Shown here in pieces: positions 27,196-40,869 of a DNA stretch of 64,000 nucleotides. The notes under the pieces are model-generated. The model was given only the letters and a program-made list of their open reading frames with translations. It was not told where the DNA came from and made no database searches. The stretch spans positions 36,502 to 100,501 of the IMG/VR virus record IMGVR_UViG_3300042907_001518. One strand, given 5' to 3'. Within the stretch, counting starts at the first letter, position 1. Each line of letters begins with the position of its first letter. This stretch comes from a virus. The translations under genes were made by a program, and so were the position numbers.

Positions 27196-30100
27196 AATGA
27201 TACTATTGGCACAAACGGTAACTATTGTTAAGAAACCACTTTGTCCAACTTTTATTCATGATGATATATCAAGACTATTCATTTGTGCAGTAGGAATATT
27301 ACTGTGTGTGGGTGTCTTATATTTTATTATGAGATATTTTAATGGAACACAATGATCTAGGATACATGAAAGATTATGGTCAGTGGATACTATCAGGGGT
27401 ATTAATATTATATGGCCTACTATTCTCTTTTCTGCATAAAGATCTGGAGATAGATAGTGATGATATTTGAAACCCTAGCATCTTGTTGCATGATTCTATT
27501 CTCCATTTTTTTCATATACTCACTATTAACCCTATCAAGGTTCTAAAATGAAAACTTCAGAATTTCACATTCCTTTCATAAAAAGTCTACTATTAGTATC
27601 CATAGTCACCATACTATCCATGCTTTCTGCTCCATATTTTGTTGATAAACTATATACCATGAGCGGTAAAACACAGGTTTTTACTACTATACAATCTGGT
27701 AATATCTCAGAATCTAGGGATTAAACTCCTTTCTGCATCAAGTTTGCGACAAAATTTCGGGAAATTTACTTATTAAATTGGCCCGTGGTAAAAAGGATTA
27801 AAGGCCACTAATGGAAAAGGCCGATAAACCACTATTGACAACCTTGGTTCTATCGAGTATACTGGTCATGGTAGTAGATGTATTTTTCTTAATAGGTATA
27901 GTGAATTATGTATAGGAATGTATTATTGACCGATAAAGAAATCGCTCTCCTCAAGACCATTATTGGTCAAACTTTAGCCGAAAAGATTGTGCCTCAAGCA
28001 AAGAATTTGACCATTATTCACAACAGACTAAGAGGAATCAAGCCCCTTGTTTCTAATAATCAATTCTTCAGTTATGGTAAATGAGGATCGAATCCCACAG
28101 AAATGAAAACAATCAATATAAGCATGGGCAGGAAACCCACAAAATGATCGAACCTACCATTTATACTCTTGATGATCTATCAAATCTTTATTTAGTTTTT
28201 AGTTCACCAGCAATCAAAAGATTCTAAAAATGATAAATAATATTTTACACTTTCTAGGATTTTGTCCTTGTTCTCATTCTCATTTTGACTTGCAAGATAT
28301 TTTATTGCTGTTTCCTTTTTTATATGCTACATTGTATTCTTTACTAAATAACTTTTACAAAAAATGAATATTAATCTTGACAAGCATGATATTAGCCTAA
28401 TTCTTGATGCTCTGGAAAGTTACCAATTGGATATTGAGCATGGTATTGTCTAGGGAAGATTTAAAGGGGTTGGCCGATTTTATTTATGAAACTATTGGTG
28501 AAAAGAAATGATAACTATTCCACGCTGGGAATATTATCTACTTTATTTTATTGCATTTATGCAATGTCTAAAATTTATAGATAGAATATTGAATCTACAA
28601 TGAATGTTTATATTGTTATTGGTACAAAAGAGAATGTTTATCAAGATGTTATTGGTGGGGAATTTTTGCCTCATCCAGACAAAGAAATTGTAAGAGTGTT
28701 TTCTAATAATGATGATGCTAGAAAATTTGTGGCCGATAATAAACTGGCTAAAGGCAAAAGAGAGCGTTATGGTGATACTTGTTATTACCGTAATGGATAT
28801 TATGATATGGAAATTGAAAGTTGGGAAGTAGAATGAATAAACTAATGGAAAATGGAACAGTTGTAGTATTTGAACCCAAAAATTTTAATCCAGAGTTTTG
28901 GAATAACCTTCCAGAAAAAGATAGGATTAAGTATTACGGGCCTTTGGGTTATGGATCGGACAAGAAGAAGTTTTTTGTATTTTTGACCGAAATTAAAAAC
29001 GCTCCCGGCCATTGTGTTCTTGTTGATCTTGACGATGGACATATAGAGGTTATGCGTCATGTTTCTGATTTTAGAGAAGTTAATGAAGAAGAATTTTAGG
29101 AGAATAACTAATGAAATTCATTTTAATTGTTGTAGACTCAAACGAAAAAACAAAATATTTTGGGCCATTTGACGATGGAGAAAAGGCACTGGATTGGGGA
29201 GAAGAACATTTTAATGAAGAATATTTCTTAATGTCAACCACTCTGTATGAGCCTTCATTGGAGAATAAATAATGACTAAATCTTGGACAGAATTATTGGG
29301 GGTTCCTCATCATACTGATTGTGTTGTTGGAAATGAGATAGTAAGAACAACTAATTATTTTACTCTAGGGGACTTTGGGGTAAGAAGGCCAATATTTGAA
29401 ATCTTGTGGAAATTTGACAGTAACGAAAAGGCTAGTGGAAGTTTTAATGAATGGACGGAAGAAAACAAATGAGCATTAAAGATGATTATATGATTAGTAT
29501 TGATAATCCTCATTATAATATTGATAAAAATATTAGTATGGAAGTATTTATGCGGGATAGTTCAAACTGTTATGTATCTATTTATAATGATCGCAACGAT
29601 AGTTGTGTGGCTTTTCAAACGTCCAGAGATAATATAAAGGGTTTGGCCGATTTTATCTACAAAGTTATCAACAAGAATGATACCAACTAAACTAGGTGAA
29701 GTAAATTATGACGGCTACATTGTTGAAGTTCATTATAATACTAATTTAAAAATTAAACCATATTTGATTAGAATTTATAGTTGCCATAATTTTCCCTATG
29801 AATGTAGAATAGATAAATTAGAGGTTGATCAATTATTAGACTTAATAGAAAAGGTAATAAAAGATAATGAATCTTATTGAATGTTTCAGTTTTGTTCATG
29901 GTCACAAAGAGGCTCAAGATGTTGTGATTGATCTTAATGCTATGAAAAGCGTTAAGTGTGATCCTTTTTATATTGAATATAATAAGACTCAAGATTATAG
30001 CAAGAATGGTTCTTATTTAATTAAGGGAAATGTTACAGAAGAAGATTGGGACGAATTAGATTTATCATCAGATTTTATGCAGATATAGGGCGATAAAGTG

Positions 30101-30898
30101 GAGAATAATTAATGACTGAAAACCCACTACAACTAGCAACTAAAAATTGGATAGAAGCAGTCCAGAAGTATTATGAGAATACTCGTAGTAATGAATTGAC
30201 CCAAATACATATGAGAGGGCATTTTAGTGGTTGGAGCGAAAGAGAGATAGTGAATTTAGCGAACATATTGGCTAAAAACGAACAGGATTATCCTTTGTGG
30301 AGAGATAAAGAGTAATTTAAGGGTCAGGGTTGACAACCGCCGATAACACCGTATACTTAGAGCATCCTTTGGAGAAAAACTAATGAGCCAATACGAAATT
30401 GTAGCCAGAGCAGAATATAGGTATCTCGTTGATGCCAATAATGAGCATGAAGCAATTAATATTTATATAAACGATAATGATAGTTGTATCCCCACAGATG
30501 GAGGATTGCTTAATATTAGTGCAGAGAAAGTTTCAACATGACGCAAGAAGAAAAGTTTGCAATATTCTGGTGTTTTAATAAAGCCATGAAATATATGGAA
30601 GTTGATGAATTTGACAGAGATAAAGAGATAGTAGTGAACGGTATCAATATCAACGAAACCATTAGGAAACTTTTGAGCGATAGACTATTCGTATGAAACT
30701 ATATAGGCCAATTCTTATCTTGGCAAGAGCGATAGATCACAGGGTTGGTCAAGATGACTATGATGCTCCAAATATTCCTATACTTACTCAAGTAGAAGCA
30801 TGGACTGCTTTTTGGGTTAAACTCTGTATTATTCTGATTAATTTTATTACTTGTGGTTTTATTATAGCCAATACGATTCATCATTGGTAGTTTCATTT

Positions 30899-31291
30899 AT
30901 GACAGGTTTTAACATACAGAATCCTTGGTCTAACCTTTTAATTAATGGTTTGAAAACCGTCGAAACCAGAACGTATACCATACCTAAAAAATACGAGGGT
31001 GTTGAGTTGGCTATTGTAGAAACACCGGGGAAATCGGCTAAGTTTAAGAGTAGAATTATTGGGACCATCACCTTTAGCCACTCCTTTCAATACCCAGATA
31101 AAGAATCATGGAAGGAAGACTACCAAAGACATAAGGTTGAAGAAGACGATAGAGATTGTGGGTGGAATGAAAATAAAAACAAATACGGATGGGTAGTTAG
31201 CGATATCAAAAAATTTGAAAAATTTATACCAGCACCAATGAAAAAGGGAATAGTATTTACAAAAAACTGTCAAGTGCTGTTTGACAAATGA
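30899..31291 (+). CDS. ASCH-domain protein
   Basis: NIQNPWSNLLINGLKTVETR matches the ASCH GxKxxExR signature. Confidence 0.8.
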   Translation: MTGFNIQNPWSNLLINGLKTVETRTYTIPKKYEGVELAIVETPGKSAKFKSRIIGTITFSHSFQYPDKESWKEDYQRHKVEEDDRDCGWNENKNKYGWVVSDIKKFEKFIPAPMKKGIVFTKNCQVLFDK

Positions 31292-32192
31292 CGATACTAG
31301 GATATACTTGGAGTAACCTTTGGAGAAAACCTATGAGTCCCGCAGTAAAAGAAAAAACCACCCTGTTAATTGAAAAGTATTTTATTGGTCAGCAGAACAA
31401 TGAGTTGGTCATCAATGCTGATAGTATGGGTAAGTTTTTACACGAATATAGTGAACTTGTTATTTCTCGTACTCTTGACGTAGCCTTTGGAATGAAAGGG
31501 TAGATATGATCTCAGAAAATTATTCGGAATTTACAAACGCCGCTATGGAATGTGCTAGATATATTTTTGATAGTGATTGTGAACAACTTAGTTATCAAGA
31601 GTTTATTCAGGATGGCAATGACCCAAGAGATCATATTCTGTATCATGCTGCTATGGTTTTGGGACAAACACAAGAATTTGAAGTAGATGTTAGAGAATAT
31701 GAAAAGGAGACTGCTAATGGATAGGTTTGAACTAGAAAATAAGATTAATCAGACTACAAACTTTGCGGATCAACTCCGTTCCATTGCTGGAGCGGTTTTG
31801 GAAAATAATATGAGCGAGGATCGTTTGGCTAATGTTCTTGAAGGTTTGGCTATTTTGATCGAACTTCATACTGATGAAACTTTTGAAGTTTTTAAGCAGG
31901 CTTTTAGACTGGATAATTATAGTGAGAACTTACAAAGACAAGACGATTAAGGCTCTGGATACTGTATATTGTGATATTTGTGGAGGATCTACAACTATAC
32001 TAGAACAAATTGGGCCAGATTATGCAACTCTTGAAAGTTGTTGGGGATATGGCAGCCTTAATGATGGGATAAAATATGATTTACAGTTTTGCGAACACTG
32101 CTTTAATGAGATGTTAGGAACAATAAAACAAAAGCGTCAAAAAATTCTTGGCTCACTGAAATACCCATATCCTATTGATCCTTTGAATGGTA

Positions 32193-32816
32193 TTACTTAT
32201 TCCTAGACCAATTTACTTTATTATTTTTTCTTAAATTATCTTTTGCCCATAGAGGTTGTAAATTAGTATAATGAAAACATTGTTTCTGTTGCTGTGGATT
32301 ACTTAAATTAAAACTTGTACAAGGTCTAATGTGGTCTATGTGCCACCCATGATAACCATAGTTCTTCCAACTCATACCTTTTGTAAATTGTTTTTCTAAA
32401 TAGCCCCTCAACTGCTCAATAGAACAACCAACTAAATTTAATGTGTTTTCAGTTTTTATGTTACCCAGTATTGCAGAACGAACACGTCCCCTCAAATTTC
32501 TAGCCAGTTTAAAATGAATATCTGTTTTTAGTCTTTCTTTTTGCTGAAAATTTCTTTTTTCTTTATTTGCCTTTTGCCATTTTTTATTTAAAATACTTCC
32601 TCTTTTTTTATATAATTCTCTATGTGCTATAATTTTATCTTGATTATTTATTCGATATTCTTTTTTTTTGTTTAATATTTGTGTTTTATTTTGTAATTGA
32701 TATTCTTTAATACATAGTTTACAACGACAACATAATCCGTCTTTTAGTTTAATATTTTTATGAAATTCCGATAAAGTTTTTTTTAATTTACACTTACTAC
32801 AAACTTTCTTTTTCAT
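32193..32816 (-). CDS. HNH homing endonuclease, antisense insertion
   Basis: N-terminal CxxC..CxxC; C-terminal GMSWKNYG..WHIDHIRPC..FHYTNLQPLWAKDNLRK. Confidence 0.85.
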   Translation of the reverse strand: MKKKVCSKCKLKKTLSEFHKNIKLKDGLCCRCKLCIKEYQLQNKTQILNKKKEYRINNQDKIIAHRELYKKRGSILNKKWQKANKEKRNFQQKERLKTDIHFKLARNLRGRVRSAILGNIKTENTLNLVGCSIEQLRGYLEKQFTKGMSWKNYGYHGWHIDHIRPCTSFNLSNPQQQKQCFHYTNLQPLWAKDNLRKNNKVNWSRNK

Positions 32817-33209
32817 ACATAGCCATAAAACAGAAAGCCCAAACTCTGTCAAATTGCGGTTGACAAAATTCAGGCTTCTGGTATAATAAATTGTATGGTT
32901 TTTTAGAAATGTCCGCAATACATCTCTAGTGTAGAGATACACCAAAAAGATATATATCTATAGATGATTTACTATGAGCAAAAAAGTAATCAAAGAAAAA
33001 TCAGCAAAAGGAGTCAAGGGCTTTTTGCTTTATAGCCCACTAACAAAAGATTATTTCTTTAGGGTTTATAATAAAAAAAATCCCGGCAAGTTTAAAGACT
33101 ATAAATTAACAGCAGAAGATATACAGATAGAATTACTCTCTGATTGTAATGCCTTGATAGAAAAACAGGGGAAGCGTTATCTAGATTATAGTAAAAGAGT
33201 TCTAGGGAA

Positions 33210-33833
33210 ATGAAAAATCAAATAACACTTATTGGCGACGTTCATGGCAAATATGATCGTTACCATAAAATTCTAATGAGATCGAAGGAGAATCCTTATA
33301 CGGTTCAACTTGGTGATCTAGGGTTTAAATACGATGTGTTAAAACCATTTGATTCAAAATGTCATATTTTTATCGGAGGCAATCACGATAACTACGACAA
33401 AATTAATGATGTCCCCAATTATCTTGGCGATTATGGATATATGGTTAACTTTAATGGTATAGATTTTTTCTATTATCGTGGAGCATGGAGTATTGATCGT
33501 CAATATAGAACTATTGGTATAGATTGGTGGGAAGAAGAACAGGTTGCTATAGATCAATTTATGAAGGCTAGAGAACTTTATAGAGATATCAAGCCAGATA
33601 TTATGATAACTCATGATTGCCCACAAGATATTGTTTTACAAATGCTCAAGCCGGGAGATAGAGTATTTGAGAATAATACCTCTTGGGCTTTGCAGGAGTT
33701 GTTTAATATTCATCAACCAAAGATATGGTTTTTTGGTCACTGGCACAAGTCACGACAAATCCAGCATGGAAACACAAAGTTTATTTGTTTGGATGAGTTA
33801 GAGACTTATAATTTAGTTAAAGATTCCTATTGA
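33210..33833 (+). CDS. Calcineurin-like metallophosphoesterase
   Basis: GDVHG, GDLG, GNHD, THDCP, FGHWH. Confidence 0.9.
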   Translation: MKNQITLIGDVHGKYDRYHKILMRSKENPYTVQLGDLGFKYDVLKPFDSKCHIFIGGNHDNYDKINDVPNYLGDYGYMVNFNGIDFFYYRGAWSIDRQYRTIGIDWWEEEQVAIDQFMKARELYRDIKPDIMITHDCPQDIVLQMLKPGDRVFENNTSWALQELFNIHQPKIWFFGHWHKSRQIQHGNTKFICLDELETYNLVKDSY

Positions 33834-34081
33834 CAAACGCCGATAGTGTGGTATAATACTAGTGTTGTTTCTTTTAGTTTTTACATAGAGGATACCTATG
33901 AGTCTTGGTGTTGCAGAAAAGAGTGGTAAGTTTGTTGTTACTCAGAATGGTCAGCCTATTAATCTTCCTAAGACTGATGGACAGGCTATTATTACTGAAT
34001 TTAATAGCAAGAGCGATGCCGAAAGGTATATGGGTATTCTTTCCACACTTCAAAAGCAGAAGAAATATAAGATGAATTAAA

Positions 34082-34534
34082 ATGGATCAAGAACTACAAG
34101 ATAAACTTTACGCAAAGTATCCAGAACTTTTTTCTAATAAAGATAAAAGTGCTATGGAAAGTTGCATGGCATGGGGATGCGACGTAGGAAATGGTTGGTA
34201 TGAAATTATCAGTAGCGTATGCTGGATGATAAAACAGCATGAACGTAATAAAGAAGATAATAAGAAGTATTTGGAAAAGAACGATCCAGCAAGATTGGCA
34301 TCATTACCAGAGTATTTTCCCTTCAAGTTCGATCAAGTTAAAGAAAAGTACGGTGGACTTCGATTATATTTTAGTGGTGGAGATGAATATGCGGAAGGTC
34401 TTGTGAGCATGGCAGAGGCTATGAGTTATAAGATTTGTGAAGTTTGTGGAAATGCTGGCAAACCAAATAAGGGAGGGTGGATAAGTACACTATGTGATAG
34501 TTGTAGGAATAAAAGTTATGGAAGCAATACTTAA
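34082..34534 (+). CDS. Conserved phage protein
   Basis: GNGW..QVKEKYGGLRLY..ICEVCG..GW..TLC. Confidence 0.65.
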   Translation: MDQELQDKLYAKYPELFSNKDKSAMESCMAWGCDVGNGWYEIISSVCWMIKQHERNKEDNKKYLEKNDPARLASLPEYFPFKFDQVKEKYGGLRLYFSGGDEYAEGLVSMAEAMSYKICEVCGNAGKPNKGGWISTLCDSCRNKSYGSNT

Positions 34535-34735
34535 ATTCAATTTACCTGACGAGCAACATGAATACAATGTTGTTACACAAGCCTCAAGGGTTCGGTCTTT
34601 TGTATGGGATTTTGCCCAACAGTTAAGGTCTTGGGATAAATATCATCACGACTTTAAAGATGCCGATGACGCACTAGACAAAATTAGGGAAGAGTTTTAT
34701 AGACTACTCAACGAGCATAGGGTGGAGATAGACTA

Positions 34736-35476
34736 ATGTTTAGACTAAAGAAAAGAAGCAGAATGGACTATTGGAGTTGCTCTAAACTTGCCGATTGGAT
34801 TAGAGGTACTCCTAAACCATTTGCTCTTGAATGGAAAGCATGGGATACTTGGCGTAATGACGCAAAGAAAAAGAACTCTTTGAGATATTGGGTGGCAGAA
34901 AAGTTGCTTGATTCTCTACAGGATTTTGTAAACTTGCCAATGGATATTTATCACACTATTGAAGTGTACATTCGTAATAGGTTTATTGATAAAACTCATT
35001 GCCTAAAAACCGGCCTAAAAGCCGGAGAGTATTACGATCTTGACTATAGAATACTACATGGTTTATTTAATGAGTTGGTGGAGTTGGTAGAACTAGATTT
35101 TGCTAATAGAGCAATATGGGACGATGAAAAGAAAAAGAAATACAAATTTGTCAAGGGTCGCTGTGTTGAGGCTGGGCTGGATTATTTAAACTGGGCGTCC
35201 AGTTTGAGATACAATAAAGATTATGGCATCACAAAGCAAGACAAGCACTATAATGAGCCAACAGATCAAGCAGTCGCCGCCCAAAAAACCTTAGAACTTT
35301 ACAACTGGTGGAAGAATGTGCGATCTAATAGACCAGAAGCACACGATCTTTTCTCAGAAGAAAAAGACGGCAAATATTATTTTAGGAAGATTGGTAAGAT
35401 GGAAGACTCTTACGATAAAGAAGATACTAAAATGCTAATCGAACTCATTAAGATCAGAGGTTCTTTATGGACGTAA
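34736..35476 (+). CDS. Hypothetical phage protein
   Basis: 246-aa ORF in an operon; ends IELIKIRGSLWT. Confidence 0.65.
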   Translation: MFRLKKRSRMDYWSCSKLADWIRGTPKPFALEWKAWDTWRNDAKKKNSLRYWVAEKLLDSLQDFVNLPMDIYHTIEVYIRNRFIDKTHCLKTGLKAGEYYDLDYRILHGLFNELVELVELDFANRAIWDDEKKKKYKFVKGRCVEAGLDYLNWASSLRYNKDYGITKQDKHYNEPTDQAVAAQKTLELYNWWKNVRSNRPEAHDLFSEEKDGKYYFRKIGKMEDSYDKEDTKMLIELIKIRGSLWT

Positions 35477-36669
35477 ATTTAGAAAATGATTTATTAAATT
35501 CAGAACATATGAAAAATAAGTGCAAAACAAGCGATGTTTATTCACAAAATTTATACGCTGCTTTATGTAATAACCGATTCTTTTATGGAGATAAAGAGTG
35601 GACTTGTTCTTGGCGATATTCTGGTGGTATAATTGCTGATATTAGACAAGAGGGCGAGTACATTAGTTGGTATTGTAGCGGTATAGTATCAGATATTGAT
35701 GGTTATGTTGGGGAGGGTGAAGTTACTGATGAAATTAAATTAGACTTAATTAAAATTGGATGGATAGTTAAGCCATATGAGTCTAAACTGGAGAATAAAA
35801 ATGTCTGAGGAAAACCTACCAGATACCAAGATTCCTTGGTGGGATAATCACTATGAAGATGTTTATAGTGAAGACCCTGAAGATGGATACCCTTATGACA
35901 TGGGAAGTAAGGTGCAAGAATGACTACTGGTTGGACATATCGCATCCTTAAAAAAGAAGACCAATATGGACTATATCCAGTATTTATTGACGATAACCAA
36001 GATGTTGTAAACATTCATAATATGCCGGTTTACTTAAATGATAGTTTACCAGACTTACTGGCCGTACAAAATAAAGCAGGTATACCACTGCCTTCTTTGA
36101 TGAAAGAGGCTTGGGATTATCCTGTTCTTGATTATAGTTCTGGAGAAGAAATATAACATGACGTTTGAAGAATTTATACTTAAAGTAGAAGAGACTTTTG
36201 TTAACAATCAAGCCTCTGCTAATCACTGGAGATATGGTCAAACAGTAATGAATGTTCTTTGGGATATTTGGCCCGAGAAACATAATGAAATTAAAGATAG
36301 TGATTTTAACTGTTTTTATACTAATCGTAATGTTGCTATGGTTCTAAATAAATTAGAGAAAGAATGGCGATGAACAGAGATATAAATTCTGATAAAGATT
36401 TTAGTATGAGTGTGGATGAATACTTATCAACCTACAAACCCGGCCCTTTCATCCCCTATGCCGTCTACAACGCTCACAGAGACTCTATAACGGTCTATTT
36501 TAAAAAAGATAGGGACTACACACAGCCATTAAACGACGCCTTAGAACTGCATTTATCGCAAGAGACAAATGAGATAGTAGGAGCGACTATTTTCAATATC
36601 AAGAAACTTTGTGAGAAACAAGATGAAACTAACTAATCAAGACTTACTAGATTTTTACAAAGAGGAAGC

Positions 36670-36966
36670 ATGAAAGGCCCACTAATTTACTACGATATTA
36701 AAGAAATGTATGGTTCTGATTTGAACAGTAAACAATCTGCTGTTGAATTGAAACAATCTATTCTAGAAGATACTGATCTTGGTTTTAATGTTGAGATTGA
36801 TTTTAAAGATGTTCATTCATTAAGTCGTGGATGGACACGAAATGTCTTTGGGGTTATTATAAAAACAAAGGGCGAAACTTTTTTTAAGAATCATATACTA
36901 TTAAGTAATATGAGCAAAAGCGTTAGAAAAATCGTGTTAGAAGGAGTAGACGAAACACTTGTATGA
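36670..36966 (+). CDS. STAS-like (DUF4325-type) protein
   Basis: VEIDFKDVHSLSRGW..NVFG pattern. Confidence 0.55.
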   Translation: MKGPLIYYDIKEMYGSDLNSKQSAVELKQSILEDTDLGFNVEIDFKDVHSLSRGWTRNVFGVIIKTKGETFFKNHILLSNMSKSVRKIVLEGVDETLV

Positions 36967-37810
36967 GAACTCTTTACTTTATAGTCCGAGGGTGGAGATA
37001 ATGATATTTTTGTTGATGGAATTAATATAACAGAAATAGTCAAGGAATTACTACAGGACAGACTATTCGTATGACTTTCCAACAATTTTTAAACAAAGTA
37101 GATGCTACATATAATGCTCATCCATTTGAGTTAAGATATGGTCAAACAGTTATGAATGTATTGTATGATGCTTGGCCCGATAAATATAAACAAATATCTG
37201 GTGGAGACTACGATTGTTTTTATGATGATGGTACAGTTATATTGACTCTAGAATTCTTAGAAAAGGAATGGATATGAAAGACCGATTTAATCTAGAAGAT
37301 GAAATTAATCATTTGTATAGTTTTTGTGATAATATCAATAATCTTTGTGAAGGAATTTTAGAGCAAGACTTAGACCAAGATGATATTGTAAATGCTCTTA
37401 GCGGATTAAAAGTATTGTTATCAATACAAACGTGCAAATTAAATGATACTATGTCTCAATGTTTCAAACTGGATAAGTATAACTATGAATAATAAATTAT
37501 CTAAGAATGTCGCCTCATTTATAGATGTTGTGGGATATTATATCTATATGGAATATAAACCAAAGTATTATAAAGAGTATACTAGAGATAAAAATCTCGC
37601 TAAATTATTTGATTTTGTTGGTAGTTATTATATGGGAGGCAATAATGTACCAGACACAGCAAGATATGTTGTGGAATTAATTAACAATGGAAACCTCTAA
37701 ATCAATAGAGGAACTACCTATTTATGGTTTAGAACTTAATGACGGAGTTAACTCTCCGTTCGCTGATTTGTATCTTGATCTTTTTCCAGAACTCTATGAT
37801 GTAGAATAAC

Positions 37811-38350
37811 ATGGAATATACTATTATAATAAATGATATTAAGCCAATTGTAATTGATAATCATATGATTGAAGGATATAGTATATCCAAGGATGGAATA
37901 GTTTATTCTCACCATAAACGTATAAAGGCAGATGAAAATGGTCACCGTAATAAATCTATAATAGATTATAATCATCGAAAACAACTAAAAACAAGAATTA
38001 TTAATGGATATTTATCGGTTGAAATAGGTTTCCTTCCGGGTAAATTAGATTATAAATATAGAATGAGAAGTAATAGCGGTAAACAACATAAAACGTGCAG
38101 GATTCATCAACTGGTAATGGATGCTTGGAAACCATTTGCTCAATACTTACCCAAAGGTATTTCAAGATCAGACTATAATAAAACACCAAAGCCTATTCAG
38201 AAACTATTACCAAGATTATTTTTTATTAACCATAAAGATCATGATAAACTTAATAATCATGTTGATAATCTGGAGAGAGTAACACCAAGAGAAAATACTA
38301 GAAAAGCCAAAAAATATTACAATGGTAATTTTGCTAATATCAAAAAATAA
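37811..38350 (+). CDS. NUMOD4/HNH endonuclease
   Basis: YSISKDGIVYS, RIHQLV, INHKDHDKLNNHVDNLERVT..EN. Confidence 0.85.
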   Translation: MEYTIIINDIKPIVIDNHMIEGYSISKDGIVYSHHKRIKADENGHRNKSIIDYNHRKQLKTRIINGYLSVEIGFLPGKLDYKYRMRSNSGKQHKTCRIHQLVMDAWKPFAQYLPKGISRSDYNKTPKPIQKLLPRLFFINHKDHDKLNNHVDNLERVTPRENTRKAKKYYNGNFANIKK

Positions 38351-39350
38351 ATAATGCTAAAACTAAAAAAAGAACCCTATAATAGTGTTTGGATTAGTGC
38401 AGACTCTCAAAAAGAGTTGGGAGAAACTTTTATTCGCTTTCAAGAATACTACGAAAGTCCTAGTAAAAAATACCGTAATAAGATATTTACTCTTGGAGAC
38501 ATTAAAAATTATTACAGTTTACAATATGGGGCTGATTTATATACCGATCTATGGATAGGATTTAACTTTCCTAGTTCTGTTTTAATTCCTTTTAAACAAG
38601 GATTGTTTGATCCATTGACCTCTACAGAAAAAGAATTACTTGGATCTCTTAAATATAGACACGATAATTTCTATATTATAGGAGCACAAAATAATAGTAC
38701 CCTAAGACATGAACTATCTCATGCTCTGTATGGTTTTAATGCAAAATATAAAGACGAGATAGATAGTCTAATTAAAAAATACCATAAAGATTTTGCTAAA
38801 GTTTCAAAATATATTCTTAAAAAAGGCTATGATAAGAGTGTGTTAAACGATGAACTTCAAGCATATATTACAGACAACGATGATGAGTTTATACGAAATA
38901 ATTTAAATCCTAATAGAATCAACGATATATTTTCTATCTATAAGAGGCACAGAAAACATGATAAAAAACTTGGATGAATTGTGTGATGAAGAAAAATCTT
39001 TTTTTGAATGGATGAATAATCAAGACGATATTAATAATCAATTATTTGATCTATTAAAAATAGTATATGTACAAGGATATGCTGCTGGCTTTCAATATAA
39101 ACAAGAACAAAACGCTATGGAACAACTACAAAAATGAAAGAAAAAATACCCTTGAAATATGAGTGTCTAGATGGCTTTTCTGATAAGATAAAGTCTTGTA
39201 CAGATGCTAATCTAGCCAAACTATTAATAGAAATGTATGATCTTATAGTTTATCAGATGAATGAGATTAAAGAACAAAGAATGGAGATTATAGCGTATAA
39301 ACATAAATCAGCATGGAAACATTATGATAAACCTATAGAAAATTATGATC

Positions 39351-39785
39351 CTAATATAAGACAGTATGTTGACAAGCCGCCAAAATCTGGTAATATGAGT
39401 TGTTAATAAATAATTTTAGAGTGTTTTTTCTTTTCCATTCTCTTTCTTTTTGTCTTATTTTACTTTTATTTTCTTGTCGATATTTTTTCATATATTCGTC
39501 ATGTTCTTTTTTTCTACTTTTTCTATAAGCCTTATATTTTATTAAATTATTTTGATAATATTGTTTTTGTTTTTTTTTAATACTTAATTTATTTTTTTGT
39601 CTGTATATTTTTTGTTTTTTAGAAATAGTTTTTTTATTTTTTTGTCCATATGTTTTTTGATATAAATCTTGACAATTTTTACATTCTGGTCTTTTACCAT
39701 CAGATGTTGCTTTTTTATTTCTAAAATCACATAACAATTTTTTGATTCCACATTTTGAACATATTTTATGCTGAAGCATTGACAA
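39351..39785 (-). pseudogene. Truncated HNH endonuclease (zinc-finger and basic N-terminus only)
   Basis: CSKC..DG..CKNC N-terminus like 32816 and 43650, but no HNH domain; its tail overlaps the plus-strand gene end. Confidence 0.55.
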
Positions 39786-40221
39786 CCTCCTGCGAGAAAG
39801 TATAATACTGTAACAGGAGTATGCACCAAAATGTTTGTTTGGAAAGAAATTCGTTCTTGGGCCAAATCTAATGGGTATGAAACTCTAAAAGATAAAGAAG
39901 ATAATCAATATTATTGGGCAAAATTAGACGATCCAGATGCTAGTGGTGTTGCTAAAAGTGTTAGCAAACTTGCTTTTGCTATTTATAATCATATGACAGA
40001 TAATAAATGGTTGGATCATCAACAAAAGTATAAAGAAAATTTAGAAATTAAAAAAGACGAACGTAAGTGACTACTAAAAAGAAAAACATAGTTTATACTT
40101 GTGTTGTTGTACCAGTAGCGGTTGCTAATGGTATAGTTGGTGGTATTTCTAGTGTTATTACAGTTTATTTTTTCCAGCCCCTATGGAATCGTACCGTTAA
40201 ATGGTGGAACGATCAATACAA

Positions 40222-40869
40222 ATGAATGTTAAACTAATAAGTGTTACTCCAGATGCCGAAAAAACTATGGCATATTGTGCTAGAGTGAGTAATCCATCCA
40301 ATCAAGAAAATGACAACTATGCTAAACTATTAAAATACTGCATAGACCATCAGCATTGGAGTATTTTTGAAATGGCTTTTATGACTCTGGAAATCAATAC
40401 AACCAGAGGTCTTGCTGCTCAAATTTTAAGGCATCGTAGTTTTACATTTCAAGAATTTAGTCAGCGTTATGCTGATACTACATTATTGGCTGATGATATT
40501 CCTTTATTTGAATTGCGTCGTCAAGATAATAAAAATAGACAAAACAGCATTGATGATATGTCAGATGAGATACGCACCAAATGGAGAGTAAAAATAAGAG
40601 AACACTTCGCAAAAGCAAAAGCAATATATGATGGAATGATAACTGATGGTATTGCAAAAGAGTGTGCTAGATTTGTTTTGCCACTAGCAACTCCAACTCG
40701 ACTCTATATGAGCGGCAGCGTCAGATCATGGACTCATTACATTAATCTACGTTCTGCTCATGGAACACAAAAAGAGCATATGTTAATTGCTAATGAATGT
40801 AAACAAATTTTTACGCAACAATTTCCTACTATTGGAGAGGCTCTTGGTTGGAAAAATGAAAATATTTAA
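40222..40869 (+). CDS. thyX: Flavin-dependent thymidylate synthase
   Basis: [33 protein letters not shown]. Confidence 0.95.
   Translation: MNVKLISVTPDAEKTMAYCARVSNPSNQENDNYAKLLKYCIDHQHWSIFEMAFMTLEINTTRGLAAQILRHRSFTFQEFSQRYADTTLLADDIPLFELRRQDNKNRQNSIDDMSDEIRTKWRVKIREHFAKAKAIYDGMITDGIAKECARFVLPLATPTRLYMSGSVRSWTHYINLRSAHGTQKEHMLIANECKQIFTQQFPTIGEALGWKNENI

Noticed and set aside
28090-28150. Short direct repeat GAAWCCCACARAA(A)TGA, two copies
   Set aside because: Only two imperfect copies in AT-rich DNA; not distinguishable from chance or a local duplication.
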